From IMG/VR virus record IMGVR_UViG_3300024269_004845: DNA of 64,000 nt, one strand, 5' to 3'. The stretch's first letter is position 1. The number at the start of each line of letters is the position of its first letter. Below are positions 61,098-64,000 of the stretch, piece after piece. The DNA is from a virus (Duplodnaviria; Caudoviricetes). The translations under genes and the position numbers were made by a program. Below the pieces are notes generated by a model, which saw nothing but the letters and a program-made list of their open reading frames with translations, was not told where the DNA came from and ran no database searches.

Positions 61098-61233
61098 TCG
61101 AAGACATGTTGTATGTCAAACTAAACAACTTCAAGTTATCGCAGAGTTCTTATAGAAGAATGGGCCCAAATAATAAATTAGTAGTGGCAAGCGAAAGTTT
61201 ATGGGTTGAAGCGGATTAAAGAAGTTTTTAAAT

Positions 61234-61376
61234 GGTCCCATCGACAAGTGGTCTAAGTCGTCGCCCTTTCGTTGGATTAGTTTAAGTAAAACATTACTGC
61301 GGTAAAGATTTGAGTGCAAGTCTCATGTTCAGCACCAAAGGCGGAGTCACGGGTTCGAATCCCGTTGGGACTACCA
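61234..61376 (+). tRNA. tRNA-Glu(TTC) interrupted after the anticodon by a 67-nt tRNA-like insert (halves 61234-61270 and 61338-61376)
   Basis: Joining the halves gives a canonical 76-nt cloverleaf with TCGCC-CT-TTC-AA-GGCGG and CCA. Confidence 0.85.
61271..61337 (+). ncRNA. Nested mini-tRNA-like element ending in CCA
   Basis: Acceptor GTTGGAT/GTTCAGC; D-arm GTTT-AAGTA-AAAC; short arm TTAC-TGCG-GTAA; T-arm TGAG-TGCAAGT-CTCA; then ACCA. Confidence 0.75.
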
Positions 61377-61386
61377 TTTTAAACAT

Positions 61387-61463
61387 GCTCCCATCCTCTA
61401 ACGGGCCTAGGAGTCATCCCTTTCAAGGATGCAATGCGAGTTCGAGCCTCGCTGGGAGTACCA
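61387..61463 (+). tRNA. tRNA-Glu(TTC)
   Basis: CATCC-CT-TTC-AA-GGATG; CCA. Confidence 0.92.
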
Positions 61464-61469
61464 CTATAT

Positions 61470-61545
61470 TCCTCGTTAGTCTAGTTGGTAAAACGGCGGA
61501 CTGTTAATCCGTATAGCGCTGGTTCGAGCCCAGCACGAGGAGCCA
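61470..61545 (+). tRNA. tRNA-Asn(GTT)
   Basis: GCGGA-CT-GTT-AA-TCCGT; CCA. Confidence 0.93.
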
Positions 61546-61633
61546 CGCTGCTGTGGAATGCGGAACCCTTAATCACCACAGGTGGGTACGGTTGGTAAAC
61601 CGCTAAGGTAATCTTAGAAAAGCTTCCTTATAC

Positions 61634-61707
61634 GCTGGCATAGTTTAAAGGTAAAACAAGGACCTTGTAAGTCTTAGTTCCCAGTTCGATTCTGGGTGCC
61701 AGCTCCA
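61634..61707 (+). tRNA. tRNA-Thr(TGT)
   Basis: AGGAC-CT-TGT-AA-GTCTT; CCA. Confidence 0.93.
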
Positions 61708-61713
61708 TATGTC

Positions 61714-61742
61714 TTTACTTCTTGTTAAAAAATGTATATAAT
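61714..61742 (+). promoter_or_regulatory. Internal sigmaA-like promoter ahead of the VIT1/CCC1 gene
   Basis: TTTACT, 17-bp spacer, TATAAT. Confidence 0.55.
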
Positions 61743-61771
61743 AGATATATATTAATTATGGAGGTAATATT

Positions 61772-62650
61772 TTGAAAAATATATCCGAAAAAAGTTTGTC
61801 TATTATAAGAAAGATGCAACAAAATGAATTAACTGAAAGCGTTATATATCGTGAAATTGCTAAATTTGCAAAAGGTGAAGATAATAAATCTACTCTAAAT
61901 CGTTTAGCAGACGAAGAATTTAAGCACTATGAAATCTGGAAGAAATATACCAATGAAGAAATGAAACCAGAAAAGCGAAAGGTGTTTAAATACAAATGGA
62001 TTGCTCGTATATTTGGTTTTACATTTGCTGTTAAGCTTATGGAAAACGGAGAAATGGATGCTCAAAAAGAGTATGAACAATTAAAAGACGAAGTTCCTGA
62101 AAGCATAGGAGTTAGGAAGCAGGAAGAAGAGCACGAGGAAGCATTATTAAATATGCTGGATGAAGAACGACTTCAATATATAGGGAGTATGGTTCTTGGG
62201 ATGAATGATGCTCTTGTAGAATTAACGGGTTCTCTTGCTGGGTTTACATTTGCTATGCAAAATACCAAGCTAATTGCGCTTGCAGGATTAATTATTGGCA
62301 TTTCAGCAACTTTTTCGATGGCTTCCAGTGAATTTTTATCTGCTAAAAGCGAAGGGAGAACAGATGCACTAAAATCCTGTTCTTATACTGGGATTGCTTA
62401 TTTAATGACAGTTATTTTATTAATATTACCGTATTTATTGTTGGGTAGTACTCAATATATATTGGCTTTAGTATTTATGATGTTAACTGTTATAGCAATC
62501 ATAGCAGTATTTACATATTATATATCTGTAGCTCAAGGAGAAAATTTTAAATCCAGATTTTCTGAAATGGCGCTGATAAGTGTTAGTGTTGCAGTATTAT
62601 CTTTTGTTGTTGGGATACTTGCTAAACAGTTTCTTGGAGTAGAAATTTAA
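61772..62650 (+). CDS. Rubrerythrin-like domain plus VIT1/CCC1 iron transporter family protein
   Basis: ExxH di-iron motifs (DEEFKH, EEEHE), then VLGMNDALVE, SMASSEFLS and several TM helices. Confidence 0.88.
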   Translation: MKNISEKSLSIIRKMQQNELTESVIYREIAKFAKGEDNKSTLNRLADEEFKHYEIWKKYTNEEMKPEKRKVFKYKWIARIFGFTFAVKLMENGEMDAQKEYEQLKDEVPESIGVRKQEEEHEEALLNMLDEERLQYIGSMVLGMNDALVELTGSLAGFTFAMQNTKLIALAGLIIGISATFSMASSEFLSAKSEGRTDALKSCSYTGIAYLMTVILLILPYLLLGSTQYILALVFMMLTVIAIIAVFTYYISVAQGENFKSRFSEMALISVSVAVLSFVVGILAKQFLGVEI

Positions 62651-62659
62651 CTTTGGTAA

Positions 62660-62876
62660 AAACAAATATCGATGGCAGTAGTTCAAGTGTTTAGATTATG
62701 CCTTTTCTAAATAGGACTGTCGAGAAATGTGAAAGTAACGACCACTAAGGTTATTTTAAAAGTTCTCTAACAAGGGTGTGTAGGCTGCACTACGAGTCAA
62801 ATAATCTTCGTATTGGTTGTTCTAATGTACATGATGCCAAAAACTGGACACATTGTAAACTTGAACATATTTGTTT
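62660..62876 (+). ncRNA. Candidate structured ncRNA (about 220 nt)
   Basis: Closing helices AAACAAATAT/ATATTTGTTT and GTTCAAGT/ACTTGAAC; several internal helices; no ORF. Confidence 0.6.
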
Positions 62877-62886
62877 CTACATATAT

Positions 62887-63138
62887 TGGTGACCTCTACC
62901 AACCGTTCTAAATGGGAGATACCTCAAAAGCACACCCGTGTGAGAGTGAGATAAGTGAGATAGCTTATAATTCAGAAGACGAATATAGGGTTATAAGTGA
63001 TGCCTGGTGACAAAAGGGGCTTGAATAATGCGTCGGTTCGTGAGTTTGTGTAGCTTAAAGTTGAAGTAACACAGAGAATACCATTGGTGAGAGTAGAACG
63101 TCATGGGTAGTTACTACGGGTTATTCACAAAACTTTTT
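62887..63138 (+). ncRNA. Unclassified structured ncRNA, copy 1
   Basis: Shares ordered sequence blocks and covarying stems with 63745-64000. Confidence 0.7.
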
Positions 63139-63152
63139 ATTTAAACTTATCT

Positions 63153-63227
63153 GCTGGTGTGGCTCAATGGCAGAGCAGCGGTATCGTAAACCGCAGGTTG
63201 CAAGTTCGACTCTTGTCACCAGCTCCA
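63153..63227 (+). tRNA. tRNA-Thr(CGT)
   Basis: GCGGT-AT-CGT-AA-ACCGC; CCA. Confidence 0.93.
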
Positions 63228-63249
63228 ACAAAAACAAGGAGCGTGATTT

Positions 63250-63549
63250 ATGATGGATAGTCAGTTAAAGATTTGTCCTAAATGTGGGAAAGTAGTTTCT
63301 TATAAATATCATTTTCACAGATATGTTTGTGATGAATGCGGATGGGAGGAAGAGATTCCTGAAGTAAGCGATGAAGAAACACCAGAAGATAAAAGATTAA
63401 GAGAGCTCTTTTTAGATAAGATTTGTAGAAAATATCCTTGTGGTTCTCAAAGATGTGATGGTGGTCCCGAATGGATTACTGGATGTTCATTATATAAAGA
63501 ATTCATAAAAGGTGTGGATACCTTGTCTGAACAATTATTAAACAAATAA
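63250..63549 (+). CDS. Small Cys-rich zinc-ribbon protein
   Basis: AAGGAG RBS; CPKCG...CDECG plus a second Cys cluster. Confidence 0.7.
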   Translation: MMDSQLKICPKCGKVVSYKYHFHRYVCDECGWEEEIPEVSDEETPEDKRLRELFLDKICRKYPCGSQRCDGGPEWITGCSLYKEFIKGVDTLSEQLLNK

Positions 63550-63572
63550 TTAATTGCTCGAACAAAAAAAAG

Positions 63573-63601
63573 TAGACTTTTATTAATATTTATGTTATAA
63601 T
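63573..63601 (+). promoter_or_regulatory. sigmaA-like promoter for tRNA-Asp and the downstream ncRNA
   Basis: TAGACT, 17-bp spacer, extended -10 TGtTATAAT. Confidence 0.65.
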
Positions 63602-63667
63602 ATATAATAGTTTGGTTGATTGTGGCGTATTAGCACAAAACAATACGTAATTCCAAACTTTCTATAT

Positions 63668-63744
63668 GGCTCGGTAGTTCAGATGGTTAGAACGCCGCCC
63701 TGTCACGGCGGAGGTCGAGGGTTCGAGTCCCTTCCGAGTCGCCA
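63668..63744 (+). tRNA. tRNA-Asp(GTC), canonical
   Basis: CCGCC-CT-GTC-AC-GGCGG; G73; CCA. Confidence 0.96.
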
Positions 63745-64000
63745 TGGAGAACTCTGCCTACCACTCCTAATGGGGGATAGCCTTATTATCATTCATTTTA
63801 GAATGTGCGGGTGAAACAAGTGAGATAGTCTGTAGGTTGATGCGGTCAGAGATTTACAGATGATAGCTGGAGACCAATGGGCTTTGAAGAAATTGGTCGG
63901 ACACGGATATGTCGTAACTTTTAGGGTTGCAAGGAATGACATATTTGTGCTTGCGCTGCCTATGCGCAAAACCCTTTTAAAACGTGGGGTCGTTGCCCAC
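63745..64000 (+). ncRNA. Unclassified structured ncRNA, copy 2 (truncated by the window end)
   Basis: Starts directly after the tRNA-Asp CCA; homologous to 62887-63138; several hairpins. Confidence 0.7.

Noticed and set aside
61271-61337. Group I, group II or archaeal-type tRNA intron
   Set aside because: Only 67 nt, no catalytic core motifs, ends in CCA rather than G, and no bulge-helix-bulge
61037-61507. Short ORFs 61037..61219, 61131..61319 and 61310..61507 (also 63620..63814)
   Set aside because: They overlap clear tRNA genes and are spurious
63804-64000. Group II intron start (GTGCG)
   Set aside because: The pentamer lies inside a region homologous to the 62887 ncRNA copy, which lacks it; no domain V or RT seen
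1-64000. CRISPR arrays, IS elements, integrases and rRNA
   Set aside because: No regularly spaced direct repeats, transposase or integrase motifs, or rRNA-like sequence seen

Overview
AT-rich (roughly 30% GC by eye) segment of what looks like a large extrachromosomal element (megaplasmid or secondary replicon) of a Bacillota/Clostridia host. It has sigmaA-type promoters, GGAGG ribosome-binding sites, an SLH protein and YtvI. Conjugation and pilus genes: two VirD4-like coupling ATPases, a VirB2-like tandem pilin, an Flp pilin and a cpaE-cpaB-cpaE-cpaF Tad cluster. DNA-processing genes: HerA with a split Mre11-Rad50, RecD2, topoisomerase III, a type IIA topoisomerase pair, HU and two PD-(D/E)xK nucleases. 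It also carries scattered host-like genes (rnr, galE, gmk, lepB, a DHH phosphoesterase) and many orphans, including 1883-aa and 773-aa acidic proteins. The most notable region is the last 4 kb. A consensus promoter drives a 29-codon leader peptide whose central codons (N-T-T-E-N-T-E-G-N-G-D) lie just upstream of mutually exclusive antiterminator/terminator hairpins. Directly downstream is a tRNA array whose conventional tRNAs are only Glu, Thr, Asn and Asp, the same amino acids. This looks like ribosome-mediated attenuation by which a tRNA operon senses shortage of its own tRNA species. The array also holds a tRNA-Glu interrupted right after its anticodon by a complete CCA-ended mini-tRNA, a tRNA-like RNA with a 97-nt variable-region insert, a tRNA-Asp with a remodelled elbow, and several unclassified structured ncRNAs, two of them covarying paralogues. 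All calls come from reading the sequence by eye; no database searches or folding programs were run.
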